Shown: positions 34,389 to 45,620, numbered from the stretch's first letter. The stretch: DNA of 64,000 nt from an uncultured bacterium (GCA_963793105.1 CAWBZB010000004.1:220210-284209), one strand, 5' to 3'. A program made the numbers and translations. The notes: generated by a model from the sequence alone, not told the origin.

Positions 34389-34423
34389 CGGCTGTTTCTC
34401 CCGCTTAGCGGGAGAAACAGCCG
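34389..34423 (-). terminator. Strong stem-loop 11 nt downstream of infB (I-shaped terminator/attenuator candidate)
   Basis: CGGCTGTTTCTCCCGC-TTA-GCGGGAGAAACAGCCG, a 16-bp perfect stem with a 3-nt loop. A GTGTTTTTG run follows on the minus strand only about 20 nt later. A degenerate copy of the element lies at about 34338-34365. Confidence 0.5.
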
Positions 34424-34433
34424 TCGGGAGGCG

Positions 34434-37205
34434 TCACTGCTTGCGGGGGATCTCGCGCATCTCGAAGGTCTCGATCACGTCGTCGACCTTCACGTCCTGG
34501 AAGTTGCCGAGGTTGATGCCGCACTCGAAGCCCTCGCGGACCTCCGTGACATCGTCCTTGAACCGTCGCAGGCCGGCGATGGCCACATTGTCGGCCACCA
34601 CAGCGCCGTCGCGGATGAGGCGAGCCTTGCTGTTGCGGCGGATCTCACCGGACTGCACCAGGCAGCCGGCGATGGTGCCGAACTTGCTCGACTTGAACAC
34701 CTCGCGCACCTCGGCGGTGCCGAGCTGCACCTCCTCGTAGATGGGCTTGAGCATGCCGCGCAGGGCCGCCTCGACCTCTTCGATCGCCTGGTAGATGACG
34801 CTGTAGAAGCGGACGTCGACGCCCTCCTCCGCGGCCAGCTCGGCGACCTTGCCCTCCGGACGCACGTTGAAGCCGATGATGACGGCCTTCGACGCGCTCG
34901 CCAGGGTGACGTCGTTCTTGTTGATGGCGCCCACGCCGCGATGGATCACCCGCAGGTTGACCTCCTCGCCCATGTCGATCTTGAGCAGCGCATCCTCCAG
35001 CGCCTCGACCGAACCGGAGACGTCGCCCTTGATGATGAGCGTGAGCTCCGCGACCTCGCCCTTCTCCAGCGACTCCAGGAAGTCCTCCAGGGATCGCTTG
35101 ACGCGGTTGCGGGCGAGCAGTGCGTTGCGCTCGCGTGCTTGACGCGTCTGGGCGATCTGACGGGCCACCCGATCCTCGGCGACGACCATGAACGTGTCGC
35201 CGGCTCCCGGTACGGACGTGAGGCCCAGGACCTGGACCGGCATCGACGGCAGGGCCACCTCGACCGGGTTGCCCTCGTCGTCGAGCATGGCCCGCACCCG
35301 GCCGAACGCGTCACCAGCGACGATGGAGTCGCCCGCGCGGAGCGTGCCGCGCTGGACCAGCACCGTGGCCACCGGGCCGCGCCCGCGGTCCAGATGGGCC
35401 TCGATCGCGACGCCCTGCGCGTCCTGGTGCGGGTTCGCCCGGAGGTCGAGGGCCGCGTCAGCCGTGAGCAGGACGGCCTCCAGCAGGCTCTCGATGCCGA
35501 TGCCCTGCTTCGCGGAGACGTCGACGAACATCGTCTCGCCGCCGAACTCCTCGGCGACCAGGCCGTACTCGGTCAACTGGGTCCGGACCTTCAGCGGGTC
35601 CGCGCCCTCCTTGTCGACCTTGTTGACGGCCACCACGATCGGGACGCCGGCCGCCTGGGCGTGGTTGAGCGCCTCGATGGTCTGCGGCTTCACCCCGTCA
35701 TCGGCGGCCACGACCAGAATCGAGATGTCCGTCACCTGGGCGCCACGCGCACGCATGGCGGTGAACGCCTCGTGGCCCGGCGTATCGATGAAGGTGATCT
35801 TCCGCTCGTCGCCGTCCGCCGTGGTCGTCGCGACCTGGTAGGCGCCGATGTGCTGGGTGATCCCGCCGGCTTCGTCGCGCACCACGTTGGTGGAACGGAT
35901 GGCGTCGAGCAGCTTGGTCTTTCCGTGGTCGACGTGACCCATGACAGTGACGACCGGCGGTCGAATCTCCAGGGCGGCCTCCCCGCCCTCGTCCTCGCCG
36001 AACTCGAGGTTGTAGGACTCGAGCAGCTCGCGGTCCTCATCCTCGGGGGAGACGACCTCGACGCTGTAGTTCAGCTCGCCACCGAGCAGTCGCAGCGTGT
36101 CGTCGTCGATGGACTGGGTGGCCGTGACCATCTCGCCGAGGCCGATCAGGACCTTGACCAGATCGGCCGGCATCGCGTCGATCTTGTCCGCGAAGTCGGT
36201 CAGGCTGGCGCCCCGCGGAAGCCGGACGACCTCGCCCTGGCCCCGCTTGATACGGACGCCGTCCATGACAGGCGCCTGCATGTTGTCGAACTCCTGACGC
36301 TTGGCGCGCTTGGACTTGCGACCGCGCGAGGGACGCCCACCGGGGCGACCGAAGGCGCCCGCCGTCGTGCCGCGCCCACCGGGACCACCCGGACGACCGG
36401 GGAACCCGCCGGGACCGCCGGGACCACGACCGGCGCCACCGGGACCACCCGCACCGCCGGGGCCACCAGGACCACGACCGGCGCCACCGGGACCACCCGG
36501 ACCGCCGGGACCGCCGGGACGGCCGGTGAAGCCACCTGGTCGAGCACCGGGACCGCCCGGGCCGCGAGCCGGGCCGCCGGGGCCGCCGGGACGGCCGGGC
36601 GCAGAGGCCGGTCGCTGGGGACGCGGCGGCATCGTGCCGGGATTGGGACGCGGGGCACCCGGGACGGCCGGAGCCGCTCGGCCCATGCCGGTGCCGGTGC
36701 CATAGGGGTTGTTGCCCGGGCGGGGACCGGCGGGCCGACCCATGCCGGTGCCGGTTCCGAAGGGATTGTTGCCCGGGCGCGGGCCTGCGGGACGCGGGGC
36801 CGGACGGGCAGCCTCGTCCGTCGACGCTGCGGCGGGGGCCGCCGGGGCAGCAGGGGCCGGCGGCGATGCGGGCGCGGTTGCCGCGGGAGCAGCCGCCTGC
36901 GGTGGTGCCGCCGCCTCGACGGTCGGCGGCTCGACGGTCACCGCCTCGACCGGGGCCGGAACCTGCGGCGCTGGCACGGCCGCGGGTGCGGGGGCCGCCT
37001 TCTTCGCGGCGGGCTTCTTGGCGGGCGCGGGGGCGTCGCTCGGCGCAGCGGCCGGCATGGCCTCCTTGAGCCGGCGCACGACAGGCGCCTCGACTGTGGA
37101 CGATGCAGACTTTACGAACTCACCGAGTTCCTGCAGTTTGGCAAGGACTTCCTTGCTGGAAACCCCGAGCTCCTTGGCGAGCTCATGGACCCGAACCTTC
37201 GACAC
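34434..37205 (-). CDS. infB: Translation initiation factor IF-2
   Basis: 923 aa with GTG start. G domain GHVDHGKT / DTPGHEAF / NKVD, and a long Ala/Pro/Gly-rich N-terminal region. Confidence 0.98.
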   Translation of the reverse strand: MSKVRVHELAKELGVSSKEVLAKLQELGEFVKSASSTVEAPVVRRLKEAMPAAAPSDAPAPAKKPAAKKAAPAPAAVPAPQVPAPVEAVTVEPPTVEAAAPPQAAAPAATAPASPPAPAAPAAPAAASTDEAARPAPRPAGPRPGNNPFGTGTGMGRPAGPRPGNNPYGTGTGMGRAAPAVPGAPRPNPGTMPPRPQRPASAPGRPGGPGGPARGPGGPGARPGGFTGRPGGPGGPGGPGGAGRGPGGPGGAGGPGGAGRGPGGPGGFPGRPGGPGGRGTTAGAFGRPGGRPSRGRKSKRAKRQEFDNMQAPVMDGVRIKRGQGEVVRLPRGASLTDFADKIDAMPADLVKVLIGLGEMVTATQSIDDDTLRLLGGELNYSVEVVSPEDEDRELLESYNLEFGEDEGGEAALEIRPPVVTVMGHVDHGKTKLLDAIRSTNVVRDEAGGITQHIGAYQVATTTADGDERKITFIDTPGHEAFTAMRARGAQVTDISILVVAADDGVKPQTIEALNHAQAAGVPIVVAVNKVDKEGADPLKVRTQLTEYGLVAEEFGGETMFVDVSAKQGIGIESLLEAVLLTADAALDLRANPHQDAQGVAIEAHLDRGRGPVATVLVQRGTLRAGDSIVAGDAFGRVRAMLDDEGNPVEVALPSMPVQVLGLTSVPGAGDTFMVVAEDRVARQIAQTRQARERNALLARNRVKRSLEDFLESLEKGEVAELTLIIKGDVSGSVEALEDALLKIDMGEEVNLRVIHRGVGAINKNDVTLASASKAVIIGFNVRPEGKVAELAAEEGVDVRFYSVIYQAIEEVEAALRGMLKPIYEEVQLGTAEVREVFKSSKFGTIAGCLVQSGEIRRNSKARLIRDGAVVADNVAIAGLRRFKDDVTEVREGFECGINLGNFQDVKVDDVIETFEMREIPRKQ
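36421..36498 (-). repeat. In-frame 48-nt period tandem duplication in the Gly/Pro-rich IF-2 N-terminal region
   Basis: The 30-mer GGACCACGACCGGCGCCACCGGGACCACCC occurs exactly at 36421-36450 and 36469-36498. It encodes the repeated [15 protein letters not shown] units. Confidence 0.85.
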
Positions 37206-37327
37206 GTCTCTCCTGTCTTGGTCCGGGCAGGGTGCTCCGGACCGTCAGTGCAAGCGATACACGTTCATGCTCGCGTGCTCATGGGGTGTTCATCCTCGAA
37301 CTCCCGATCCACTCGTTCCGGCGACGG

Positions 37328-37600
37328 TCACCGGTCACTTCGGTCCGGGCGGGTGCCCGATCCGTCCTGCATGGTGCTGACCTCGTCCCGCAGCGCGGTC
37401 AGGTCCAGTGGACCGACCACCCGAAGGGCTCGGGGAAGTGCCCGTTGCCGCTCAGCGCGGTCCAGGCACTGCAGGGTCGGATGGAGATGTGCTCCTCGGC
37501 CCGGCAGCCGACGATCGGGGTCCGGGACGACTGCCCCGGCGATCGCGACAACCCGAATCAGGTCAGACGCGGCAGCCCGCTCGCGACACCCGACGCACAT
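37328..37600 (-). CDS. ylxR: YlxR/DUF448 family RNA-binding protein
   Basis: About 90 aa; MCVGCRERAAASDLIRVV...LPGRGAHLHPTLQCLDRAERQRALPRALR is the YlxR signature. It sits between nusA and infB as usual. The start may lie a few codons upstream. Confidence 0.8.
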   Translation of the reverse strand: MCVGCRERAAASDLIRVVAIAGAVVPDPDRRLPGRGAHLHPTLQCLDRAERQRALPRALRVVGPLDLTALRDEVSTMQDGSGTRPDRSDR

Positions 37601-37656
37601 GCGCTGGGGTCCAGGCTGACTGCCTGACGACGAGTGTACCCCGCCGGGCACGCTGC

Positions 37657-38682
37657 TCAGTCCGCAGCGCTCGGGTTCGGCGGCGGCGAGCCCGCCGACG
37701 AGCCACCGGGCACCCCCAGTGCCGCATCCGAGCGGATGTCGATGCGCCAGCCGGTCAGTCGCGCAGCCAGGCGGGCGTTCTGTCCCTCGCGGCCGATCGC
37801 CAGTGACAGCTGATAGTCCGGGACGAGGACGCGGGCGGCCCTGGCCACCGGATCGACGATCTGGACGCCGGTCACCCGTGCCGGCGACAGTGCGTGCGCG
37901 ATCATCTCGGCGGGGTCCTCGCTGCTGTCGACGATGTCGATCTTCTCCCCGTTCAGCTCCGACATCACCTGCCGCACGCGCTGTCCGAGCGGCCCGATGC
38001 AGGCGCCCTTGGCGTTCACGCCCGCAACCGTTGACTTCACGGCGATCTTCGTGCGGTGGCCCGCCTCGCGCGCGATCGCCGTGATCTGCACGGTTCCGTC
38101 CGCGATCTCGGGAACCTCGAGGGCGAACAGCTGCTTCACCAGATTGGGGTGGGTGCGCGACACGGTCACCTGTGGCCCCTTGAAGCCCTTGCGCACGTTG
38201 GTGACGATGCACTTCAGCCTCGTGCCATGCGGGTACGACTCCCCCGGCGCCTGCTCCTCCGGAGGAAGGTTGGCTTCGACCTTGCCGATATCGACCCGCA
38301 CCATGCGGGGGTTGCTGGACTGCTGGACGACCCCGGACACGAGATCACCTTCGCGCCCCGTGAACTCATTGAGGGTGACGTCGCCCTCGGCCTCGCGCAA
38401 CCGGGAGAGCAGCACCTGCTTCGCCGTCGTCGCCGCGATGCGTCCAAAGCCGTCGGGGGTGTCGTCGTACTCGCGGACGATCGCACCCTCGTCATCCGTC
38501 TCGGCCGCCCACACCGTGACGTGCCCGCTCTTGCGGTCCAGGGTGACCCTCGCCTTGGCGGCGGCTCCGTCCGTGCGGTGGTAGGCCACCAGCAGGGCCT
38601 GCTCGATCGACTCGACCACGAGGTCGAGGGACAGGTCCTTCTCCCGGACGAGTGCCTTCAGCGCGCTCACATCGATGTCCAT
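37657..38682 (-). CDS. nusA: Transcription termination/antitermination factor NusA
   Basis: 341 aa with N-terminal, S1 and two KH domains ([41 protein letters not shown]). Confidence 0.97.
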   Translation of the reverse strand: MDIDVSALKALVREKDLSLDLVVESIEQALLVAYHRTDGAAAKARVTLDRKSGHVTVWAAETDDEGAIVREYDDTPDGFGRIAATTAKQVLLSRLREAEGDVTLNEFTGREGDLVSGVVQQSSNPRMVRVDIGKVEANLPPEEQAPGESYPHGTRLKCIVTNVRKGFKGPQVTVSRTHPNLVKQLFALEVPEIADGTVQITAIAREAGHRTKIAVKSTVAGVNAKGACIGPLGQRVRQVMSELNGEKIDIVDSSEDPAEMIAHALSPARVTGVQIVDPVARAARVLVPDYQLSLAIGREGQNARLAARLTGWRIDIRSDAALGVPGGSSAGSPPPNPSAAD

Positions 38683-38686
38683 CGCC

Positions 38687-39190
38687 CTACTCCTGCTCGT
38701 CCTCGTCGGAACCGGACTCCGCGGTGTCGACCCGGGTGAACTCCACCTGGACCATCGCCCTTCGAACGTCCGCCAGTGCGACCGTCTGCTCTCCGGCAGA
38801 AGTCTCCAGCACCACGCGATCGTCGGTCGGCATCGATCCGATGCGACCCTCGATCTCGGTGCCGTCCGCGAGGGTGACCTGCACCAGACGCGTTGCCGCG
38901 CGACGCCAATGGCGTGCTTCGGTCAGGGGTCGATCCACGCCCGGTGAGGTGACCTCGAGGACGAAGGGGCCGGGGAGGACCTCGGACAACGGGGGCTCAT
39001 CGAGGAGTTCCGACGCTCGACGGCTCACCGCCGCGATGAGGTCGAGGTCGACTCCGCCATCGCGGTCGACGACGACGCGGACCACATGTCGGCGCCCCGC
39101 CTTCTGGACCTCGACAGATTCCACGTCGACGCCGAGCGCGCCGAGCGGCTCGGCCAACCCAGCCTCGAGGGGGGCACTGGTTGCTGACAT
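38687..39190 (-). CDS. rimP: Ribosome maturation factor RimP
   Basis: 167 aa; [28 protein letters not shown]...[12 protein letters not shown] is the RimP core. It lies 4 nt upstream of nusA. Confidence 0.9.
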   Translation of the reverse strand: MSATSAPLEAGLAEPLGALGVDVESVEVQKAGRRHVVRVVVDRDGGVDLDLIAAVSRRASELLDEPPLSEVLPGPFVLEVTSPGVDRPLTEARHWRRAATRLVQVTLADGTEIEGRIGSMPTDDRVVLETSAGEQTVALADVRRAMVQVEFTRVDTAESGSDEDEQE

Positions 39191-39288
39191 GGCGTCGGGC
39201 TCCTGTTGTGGTCGATCAGTTGTGGGGTGCTGGGGTCGAGTCCTGCGGTGCTTCCCGCACTGTACCGAGTGCGTGCCATCCTTGGTAC

Positions 39289-39798
39289 ATGCCGATTGCC
39301 CCCGCCCCGGCCGGGCGCGCCATCACCCGACGGCAGGGCCTGCGGGCGCTGGCGCTGATCGGCCCCATCGGCGTTCTCGCCGCCTGCACCACCGAGTCCT
39401 CCCCGCAGCCCGAGCCGTCCGGCACGGCGATGCCTGAGCCCGCTCCGGCGGAGGCCAGTGCCGCGGAGGAGGCCGCCATGATCGCCCGGTACGACGCGGT
39501 GCTCGCAGCACTGCCGGACGCCGCCCCTGACCTGCTGGCCAGCCTCACGTCCATCCGGGACCAGCACGTTCAGCATCGCGATGCCCTGGGCGGCGCCGAG
39601 CCCGCCACCGACCCCTCCCCCGCCCCGAAGACCGCGGCCGAGGCCATCACCGGCCTGATCGCGGCAGAGCGCAAGGCCGGCAGGTCGAGGGTGCGCGCCT
39701 GCGTGGCCGCAACCGAGCCCGAGACCGCGCGACTCCTTTCGCTCATCGCGGCTTCGGAGTCCGCGCATGTGCCCGCGCTGAGGGACCTGCGGCGATGA
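39289..39798 (+). CDS. Tat-signal lipoprotein, ferritin-like/DUF4439-related (tentative)
   Basis: About 169 aa from MPIAPAPAGRAITRRQGLRALALIGPIGVLAAC, giving a twin-arginine motif plus an LAAC lipobox. The helical C-terminal part ends ...SESAHVPALRDL. Confidence 0.55.
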   Translation: MPIAPAPAGRAITRRQGLRALALIGPIGVLAACTTESSPQPEPSGTAMPEPAPAEASAAEEAAMIARYDAVLAALPDAAPDLLASLTSIRDQHVQHRDALGGAEPATDPSPAPKTAAEAITGLIAAERKAGRSRVRACVAATEPETARLLSLIAASESAHVPALRDLRR

Positions 39799-40211
39799 CC
39801 CCGCTCGAGGCGTGGTCGGCGGTCGTCGAAGGAGAGGACGCCGCGGTGTACGCCTACTCCGTCGCCGGAGCCCAGGTCGCCGGAGGTGGGCGCCGCAAGG
39901 CCCTGGCCGGTCTCGACGCGCACCGGGCCAACCGATCGCGGGCAGCCGGCATCATCGTCGCGCTGGGGGGATCCCCGCCTCCCGCCGCGCCCGCCTACGA
40001 CCTGCCCGCCGACGTGGACCGCGCCGCCGTCGCCCGGGACACGATGGCCGACGTCGACAACGCGCTCGTCGCCACCTACGCCGATGCCGCTGCCGCGTCG
40101 CAGGCCGACGACCGACGCTGGGCCGCCCGCACGGGCGCGGAGTGCGCCGTGCGCGCCGTCGTCTGGGGAGCCGCGCCGCAGGCCTTCCCGGCGCCCACGT
40201 CAGGCCAGTAG
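39795..40211 (+). CDS. Ferritin-like domain protein (DUF4439-like)
   Basis: 138 aa; LEAWSAVVEGEDAAVYAYSVAG...LDAHRANR...ADVDNALVATYADAAA is typical of the DUF4439 family found next to rimP in actinobacteria. ATGA overlap with the preceding gene. No signal peptide. Confidence 0.6.
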   Translation: MTPLEAWSAVVEGEDAAVYAYSVAGAQVAGGGRRKALAGLDAHRANRSRAAGIIVALGGSPPPAAPAYDLPADVDRAAVARDTMADVDNALVATYADAAAASQADDRRWAARTGAECAVRAVVWGAAPQAFPAPTSGQ

Positions 40212-40985
40212 CTCCCAGCCCAGACGCAGGATCAGGACCCCCACGACGGCGAGGAACACCAGCCGGACGAACTCGCTCCCCCGTCGGATGGCCATTCGGG
40301 CCCCCACCACCGCTCCGACGACGTTGCACACGCCCATCAGCAGCCCGAGCACCCACAGGATCGAGCCGGCGATACCGAAGACGATGATCGAGGCCGCATT
40401 GGTCCCGAGGTTCACGACCTTCGCCGTCGAGGACGCGTTCAGGAAGGAGTAGCCGAGCCCGGCCACAAGGACGATGAGCAGGAACGAGCCCGTTCCCGGC
40501 CCGAGAAGGCCGTCGTAGAACCCGATGGCGAGTCCGGCCGCGGTGGCGATCAGGTAGTGGCGCCGACGACCCTGCCAGCGCAGCTGCTGCGTGCGGCCGA
40601 GCTGCGGACTGAGCAGGGTCCACACCCACACGATCACCAGGAGGACCACGATGATCGGACGGAAGAGGTCGACCGGAAGCCGGCTCGCGGTCCCCGCCCC
40701 CAGGGCCGCGCCCACGATGGCGGCGACCACCATGGGCAGTGCTGTGCGGATGTCCGGTCGCGCCTGCCGCCAATAGGTCCGCGTGGCCGCCGACGTCCCG
40801 AGGATGCTCGACACCTTGTTCGTGCCGAGGACCTGCACCGGTGTCGCCTCGGGCAGGGCGAGGAACAGCGCGGGAAGCTGCAGAAGCCCACCGCCGCCAG
40901 AGACCGCGTCCACCCAGCCGGCCATCCCGGCGGCCACGCACAGCAGGATCAGCGTGGGGAGGTCGGGCAGTGCCAGCGGGTCCAC
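40200..40985 (-). CDS. TauE/SafE family anion exporter
   Basis: About 261 aa from the GTG at 40985. Motifs AGMAGWVDAVSGGGGLLQLPAL and GFYDGLLGPGTGSFL. Confidence 0.8.
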   Translation of the reverse strand: MDPLALPDLPTLILLCVAAGMAGWVDAVSGGGGLLQLPALFLALPEATPVQVLGTNKVSSILGTSAATRTYWRQARPDIRTALPMVVAAIVGAALGAGTASRLPVDLFRPIIVVLLVIVWVWTLLSPQLGRTQQLRWQGRRRHYLIATAAGLAIGFYDGLLGPGTGSFLLIVLVAGLGYSFLNASSTAKVVNLGTNAASIIVFGIAGSILWVLGLLMGVCNVVGAVVGARMAIRRGSEFVRLVFLAVVGVLILRLGWELLA

Positions 40986-40995
40986 TCGACGTCGG

Positions 40996-41709
40996 CTACT
41001 GCCAGGACTCGACGATGGTGAAGACGTCGAGCAGCCGGAGGGCGATCGCGTCGGGGGTCGCCGAGTCGTCGGGCACCTGGTCGCCGGGGATCGTGGAGTG
41101 CGGGATCCAGATCGTCCGCATCCCTGCCTGCTGGGCACCGTACACGTCGTCCCACAGACGGTCGCCGACAAAGGCCGCCTCCGATGCCGCGACGCCGAGT
41201 GCGTCGAGGATGGCGCGGAAGGCGTCGAGGTGCGGCTTGGCGGCGGGCAGTTCGCTCGAGTACACGGCGGCGTCCAGGTAGGTGTCGAGGTCGTCCCTCG
41301 CGAACACCTCCTCGTGATGCCGGCGCGGCCACATGGTGTTGCTCAGCACGCCAACCAGGTAGTCACGGTGCTTCAGGGCGGCGAGCACGTCCCGCGCGTC
41401 GGGGTCCGCATGGGTGTGCGGGTCCCAGAAGTCGAGGTAGCCGCCCAGCGCCCGCAGGTGGCGCGCCCCGTTGATGTCGATGCCCTCGTCCAGGAACAGC
41501 TGGTCCAGTGCGCCGGTGCTGACCGCGCCGTTGGTCTCCCGCTGGCGCTGCCATCGCGACGACTCCCGCTCGAGCAGCCGCTGTGCCAGTGAGGAGGCAT
41601 GCTCCGGGTCGTAGACCTCCGCATAGGCGTACCACTGCGCATGGAGGTCGATGTCGTGCCACGGCGTGAGCGTGCCGCCCCAGTCGAAGATGACCGCCTT
41701 CACCGTCAC
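40996..41709 (-). CDS. HAD superfamily hydrolase
   Basis: About 237 aa from the GTG at 41709, 2 nt after the proS stop. HAD motif I is VIFDWGGTL and the late motif is FVGDRLWDDVYGAQQAGM. Confidence 0.8.
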   Translation of the reverse strand: MTVKAVIFDWGGTLTPWHDIDLHAQWYAYAEVYDPEHASSLAQRLLERESSRWQRQRETNGAVSTGALDQLFLDEGIDINGARHLRALGGYLDFWDPHTHADPDARDVLAALKHRDYLVGVLSNTMWPRRHHEEVFARDDLDTYLDAAVYSSELPAAKPHLDAFRAILDALGVAASEAAFVGDRLWDDVYGAQQAGMRTIWIPHSTIPGDQVPDDSATPDAIALRLLDVFTIVESWQ

Positions 41710-41710
41710 G

Positions 41711-43480
41711 TCAGCCCCCCACGATCTCCCGGATGCGCTCCGTCGCGTCATCGATCGCGACGTCCTGCCGCTCGCCGGTCCGGCGGTCCTTCACCTCGAC
41801 GAAGCCCTCGGCCAGGCGCTTGCCCACGACCACGATGGTCGGCACGCCGAGCAGCTCGGAGTCGTTGAACTTGACTCCCGGCGAGACTCCGCGTCGATCG
41901 TCGAAGAGCACTCGCACACCGCCGGCCTGAAGGTCCTCGGCGAGCCGTTCAGCGGCCTCGAAGGGCTCGTCGGACTTCCCGGTGGCGATCAGGTGGATGT
42001 CGGCCGGTGCGACCTCGCGCGGCCAGATGATGCCCTTGTCGTCGTGGGACTGCTCGGCGATCGCCGCCACCGCGCGGGACACCCCGATTCCGTACGAGCC
42101 CATCGTCACCGTGACGAGCTCGCCGCTCTCATCCAGCACCTTCAGGCCCAGCGCATCTGCATACTTGCGGCCCAGCTGGAAGATGTGCCCGATCTCGATG
42201 CCGCGAGCCAGGACCAGGCCGCCCCCGCACGACGGGCACGCGTCGCCCTCCCGGATCTCGGCGACGTCGATGAGGCCGTCCGCGTCGAAATCGCGCCCGG
42301 CCACGAGGTCGTAGACGTGCCGTCCGGCCTGGTCCGCCCCGGTGATCCAGCGCGTGCCCGTGACCACGCGGGGATCGAGCAGGTACCGGACTCCGGACTC
42401 GTTCTTCTCGCCGAGCACTCCCGGTCCGATGTAGCCCTTGACGAGGGACGGGTGGCGAGCGAAGTCGGCGTCCTCGAAGGGCCCGACCACGCTGGGCTGC
42501 AGGACCGCCTCGAGCCGCTTCATGTCGACCTCGCGATCCCCGGGCAGCCCGATCGCCAGCGGGGAGCGGGTGCCGTCCGGGTCCGTGACGATGAAGACGA
42601 CATTCTTCAGGGTGTCGCCGGCGTTCCAGCCGCGATCGGGACGGGCGAGGTCCGCTCGGGAGTTGGAGACGTCGACCAGGGTCTCGATGGTCGGGGTGCC
42701 CGGAGTCTCCTCGACATGTGCCGAGGGGGCGGCGGAGACGTCGAGGGCGGGGGGAGCCGGCGTCACGACCGCCTCCACGTTGGCCGCGTAGTCGCAGGTG
42801 CCGCAGCGCACGAACGTGTCCTCGCCGACCTCGGTCGGAGCCAGGAACTCCTCGCTCGCAGAGCCTCCCATCGCGCCGGACATCGCCGAGACGATGACGT
42901 ACTCCAGGCTGAGGCGGTCGAAGGTGCGCACGTAGGCATCGCGGTGACGCCGGTACGAGCGCTCGAGACCGGCATCGTCGACGTCGAAGGAGTAGGAGTC
43001 CTTCATGACGAACTCGCGGCCCCGCAGGATGCCCGCGCGCGGACGTGCCTCGTCGCGGAACTTCGTCTGGATCTGGTAGATCACCAGCGGGAGGTCCTTG
43101 TACGAGGAGTACTCGCCCTTGACCAGCAGGGTGAACATCTCCTCGTGGGTCGGGCCGAGCAGGTAGTCCGATCCCTTACGGTCCTGGAGCCGGAAGAGCG
43201 TGTCCCCGTAGTCCGTCCACCGGTTCGTCAGCTCATAGGGCTCGCGCGGGAGCAGTGACGGGAAGTGCACCTCCTGGAAGCCGGCACGATCCATCTCGTC
43301 GCGGACGATGGCCTCCACGTTCCGGTACACCAGGTAGCCCAGCGGGAGCCAGGTGAACACTCCCGGGGCCACCCGCCGCACGTAGCCGCCGCGCACGAGG
43401 AGCCGATGACTCGGCACCTCTGCATCGGCGGGATCGTCACGCAGGGTGCGCAGGAACAGGGTCGACATCCGCAGGATCAC
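41711..43480 (-). CDS. proS: Proline--tRNA ligase
   Basis: 589 aa with N-terminus (M)[21 protein letters not shown]. Class II motifs and a bacterial-type editing insertion. Confidence 0.97.
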   Translation of the reverse strand: MILRMSTLFLRTLRDDPADAEVPSHRLLVRGGYVRRVAPGVFTWLPLGYLVYRNVEAIVRDEMDRAGFQEVHFPSLLPREPYELTNRWTDYGDTLFRLQDRKGSDYLLGPTHEEMFTLLVKGEYSSYKDLPLVIYQIQTKFRDEARPRAGILRGREFVMKDSYSFDVDDAGLERSYRRHRDAYVRTFDRLSLEYVIVSAMSGAMGGSASEEFLAPTEVGEDTFVRCGTCDYAANVEAVVTPAPPALDVSAAPSAHVEETPGTPTIETLVDVSNSRADLARPDRGWNAGDTLKNVVFIVTDPDGTRSPLAIGLPGDREVDMKRLEAVLQPSVVGPFEDADFARHPSLVKGYIGPGVLGEKNESGVRYLLDPRVVTGTRWITGADQAGRHVYDLVAGRDFDADGLIDVAEIREGDACPSCGGGLVLARGIEIGHIFQLGRKYADALGLKVLDESGELVTVTMGSYGIGVSRAVAAIAEQSHDDKGIIWPREVAPADIHLIATGKSDEPFEAAERLAEDLQAGGVRVLFDDRRGVSPGVKFNDSELLGVPTIVVVGKRLAEGFVEVKDRRTGERQDVAIDDATERIREIVGG

Positions 43481-43520
43481 GGGGACACCCTAGCCATCGC
43501 CCACCAGTCGTCCGACGACG

Positions 43521-44372
43521 CTAGAACAGCACTGTCGCGAACGTGCCGTGCTGCCGGAAGCCCACCGCCTGGTAGCACTTGCGAGCGGCGGTGTTGTAGG
43601 CGTTCACGTACAAGGACACCTCCGACGCGACGTCGGCGAGTGCTCCGGTCACCACCGCGGCCATCCCCGACTCCGACAGTCCCCGGCCACGGAACGATGG
43701 GTCGACCCAGACGCCCTGCACCTGGCAGACCCCATCGACCACCGCGCCGATCTCCGCCTTGAACACCACGACGCCGTCGTCGATGCGGACGAACGACCGA
43801 CCCTCCCGCACGATCTCCGCCACCCGGGAGCGGTACGCGGACGCCATGCCGCCGGCCACCGGCGACACTCCGACCTCCGCCGTGAACATGTCGACGCACG
43901 CGGGGACGAGGAGATCGAGGTCGTCCGTGGTGGCCCGGCGCACCCGCGGATCGGGGGCGACGACAGGGGGGCGATCGATGACCAGCACCGGTTGGTCGTG
44001 GCGCACGTCGCGGGCCGGACCCCACGCGGGCTCGAGGAGTCGCCACAGGTCAAGGACCTCCTCCGCGGGTCCGACGAAGGACGAGCACCGGCGGCCGGCG
44101 GGACGCAGGCGGTCCGCGAAGGCGGCCCGCGAGGCCGGTGTGGTCGCCACCGGGACCAGGTTGGCGCCGGAGTACACCAGGGCGGCCAGCCGGTCGTCGT
44201 CGAAGTAGCCGAGCAGCTCTCCCCCGAGCCGCCAGGGATCCACGCCCCCGAGCCGAACCCGTGAGGCGACGAAGCAGTGGGTGACCGGATCGGTGGCGAG
44301 CAGGGACTCGATCGCGGGGAGGTCACGCGACGTGACGCCACGAACAAGCCCGATGCTCGCCGAGATCGTCAC
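43521..44372 (-). CDS. GNAT family N-acetyltransferase (DUF4081-type N-terminal domain)
   Basis: 283 aa with C-terminal GNAT core VWVDPSFRGRGLSESGMAAVVTGAL...VNAYNTAARKCYQAVGF. Confidence 0.7.
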   Translation of the reverse strand: MTISASIGLVRGVTSRDLPAIESLLATDPVTHCFVASRVRLGGVDPWRLGGELLGYFDDDRLAALVYSGANLVPVATTPASRAAFADRLRPAGRRCSSFVGPAEEVLDLWRLLEPAWGPARDVRHDQPVLVIDRPPVVAPDPRVRRATTDDLDLLVPACVDMFTAEVGVSPVAGGMASAYRSRVAEIVREGRSFVRIDDGVVVFKAEIGAVVDGVCQVQGVWVDPSFRGRGLSESGMAAVVTGALADVASEVSLYVNAYNTAARKCYQAVGFRQHGTFATVLF

Positions 44373-44385
44373 GTCGGGTCCGAAC

Positions 44386-45546
44386 TCAGGAGGCCGTGAC
44401 GACGGGCTCGCCGGTTGCGTCCATGCTCTCGGCGAGCTTCATGGCCTCCTCGATGAGAGTCTCGACGATCTGGGCCTCCGGAACCGTCTTGATGACCTCG
44501 CCGCGGACGAAGATCTGGCCCTTGCCGTTGCCGCTGGCCACCCCCAGGTCCGCCTCGCGGGCCTCCCCGGGGCCGTTGACGACGCAACCCATGACGGCGA
44601 CACGGAGGGGCACCTCGAGACCCTCGAGTCCCGCGGTGACCTCCTCGGCCAGGGTGTAGACGTCGACCTGGGCCCGGCCGCACGACGGGCACGACACGAT
44701 CTCGAGCCCGCGTGCGCGCAGGTTGAGCGACTCAAGGATCTGGAGGCCGACCTTGACCTCCTCGACCGGCGGTGCCGAGAGCGAGACCCGGATGGTGTCG
44801 CCGATCCCCCGGCTCAGCAGCCCGCCGAAGGCCACGGCCGACTTGATCGTGCCCTGGAAGGCGGGGCCGGCCTCGGTCACGCCGAGGTGGAGCGGGTAGT
44901 CGCAGGCCTCGGCGAGCTGCATGTAGGCCTGCATCATGACGACGGGATCGTGGTGCTTGACCGAGATCTTGATATCGCGGAAGTCGTGCTCCTCGAACAA
45001 GGACGCCTCCCACAGGGCCGACTCCACCAGCGCCTCGGGAGTCGCCTTGCCGTACTTCTCCATCAGCCGCTTGTCGAGGGAACCGGCGTTGACGCCGATC
45101 CGGATCGGGGTCCCGGCGTCCTTGGCCGCCCGCGCGATCTCCCCCACCCGGTCATCGAACTGCTTGATGTTGCCGGGATTGACCCGGACGCCCGCGCACC
45201 CCGCGTCGATGGCGGCGAACACGTACTTGGGCTGGAAGTGGATGTCCGCGATCACGGGGATCCCGCTCTTGCGGGCGATGGCCGGCAGGGCGTCCGCGTC
45301 GTCCTGGCTCGGCACCGCCACCCGGACCACCTGACAGCCGGCTGCCGTGAGTTCGGCGATCTGCTGGAGGGTGCTGTTGACGTCCGAGGTGAGTGTGGTG
45401 CACATCGACTGGACACTGATCGGTGCGTCACCGCCCACCGCCACGGGATGCGTGGCATGGCGCAGCAGGATCTGGCGGGACACCCGCCGGGGGGCGACGA
45501 CAGGAGGCGGACTGGAGGGGATGCCCAGGTTGACGGTCACCGTCAC
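44386..45546 (-). CDS. ispG: 4-hydroxy-3-methylbut-2-en-1-yl diphosphate synthase
   Basis: 386 aa with GcpE blocks ([45 protein letters not shown]). Confidence 0.97.
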   Translation of the reverse strand: MTVTVNLGIPSSPPPVVAPRRVSRQILLRHATHPVAVGGDAPISVQSMCTTLTSDVNSTLQQIAELTAAGCQVVRVAVPSQDDADALPAIARKSGIPVIADIHFQPKYVFAAIDAGCAGVRVNPGNIKQFDDRVGEIARAAKDAGTPIRIGVNAGSLDKRLMEKYGKATPEALVESALWEASLFEEHDFRDIKISVKHHDPVVMMQAYMQLAEACDYPLHLGVTEAGPAFQGTIKSAVAFGGLLSRGIGDTIRVSLSAPPVEEVKVGLQILESLNLRARGLEIVSCPSCGRAQVDVYTLAEEVTAGLEGLEVPLRVAVMGCVVNGPGEAREADLGVASGNGKGQIFVRGEVIKTVPEAQIVETLIEEAMKLAESMDATGEPVVTAS

Positions 45547-45620
45547 ATTATGGCGGCTATCCCGTCACCGGGAACCCCGAGCCGCGGATCCCCGGCGGGG
45601 CCGCGCCCCCCTGAAAGCGA

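Noticed and set aside
33993-37619. A 1208-aa plus-strand ORF, and similar long ORFs elsewhere (e.g. 796..1989, 8879..10405, 28912..30213, 49840..51573, 55253..56542, 6829..8295).
   Set aside because: They lie antisense to or out of frame with genes carrying unmistakable motifs (IF-2, MMPL, Lhr, PNPase, GabT, FAD oxidase). Their translations are Arg/Gly/Asp/His-rich low-complexity strings. These are typical stop-poor shadow ORFs of GC-rich DNA.
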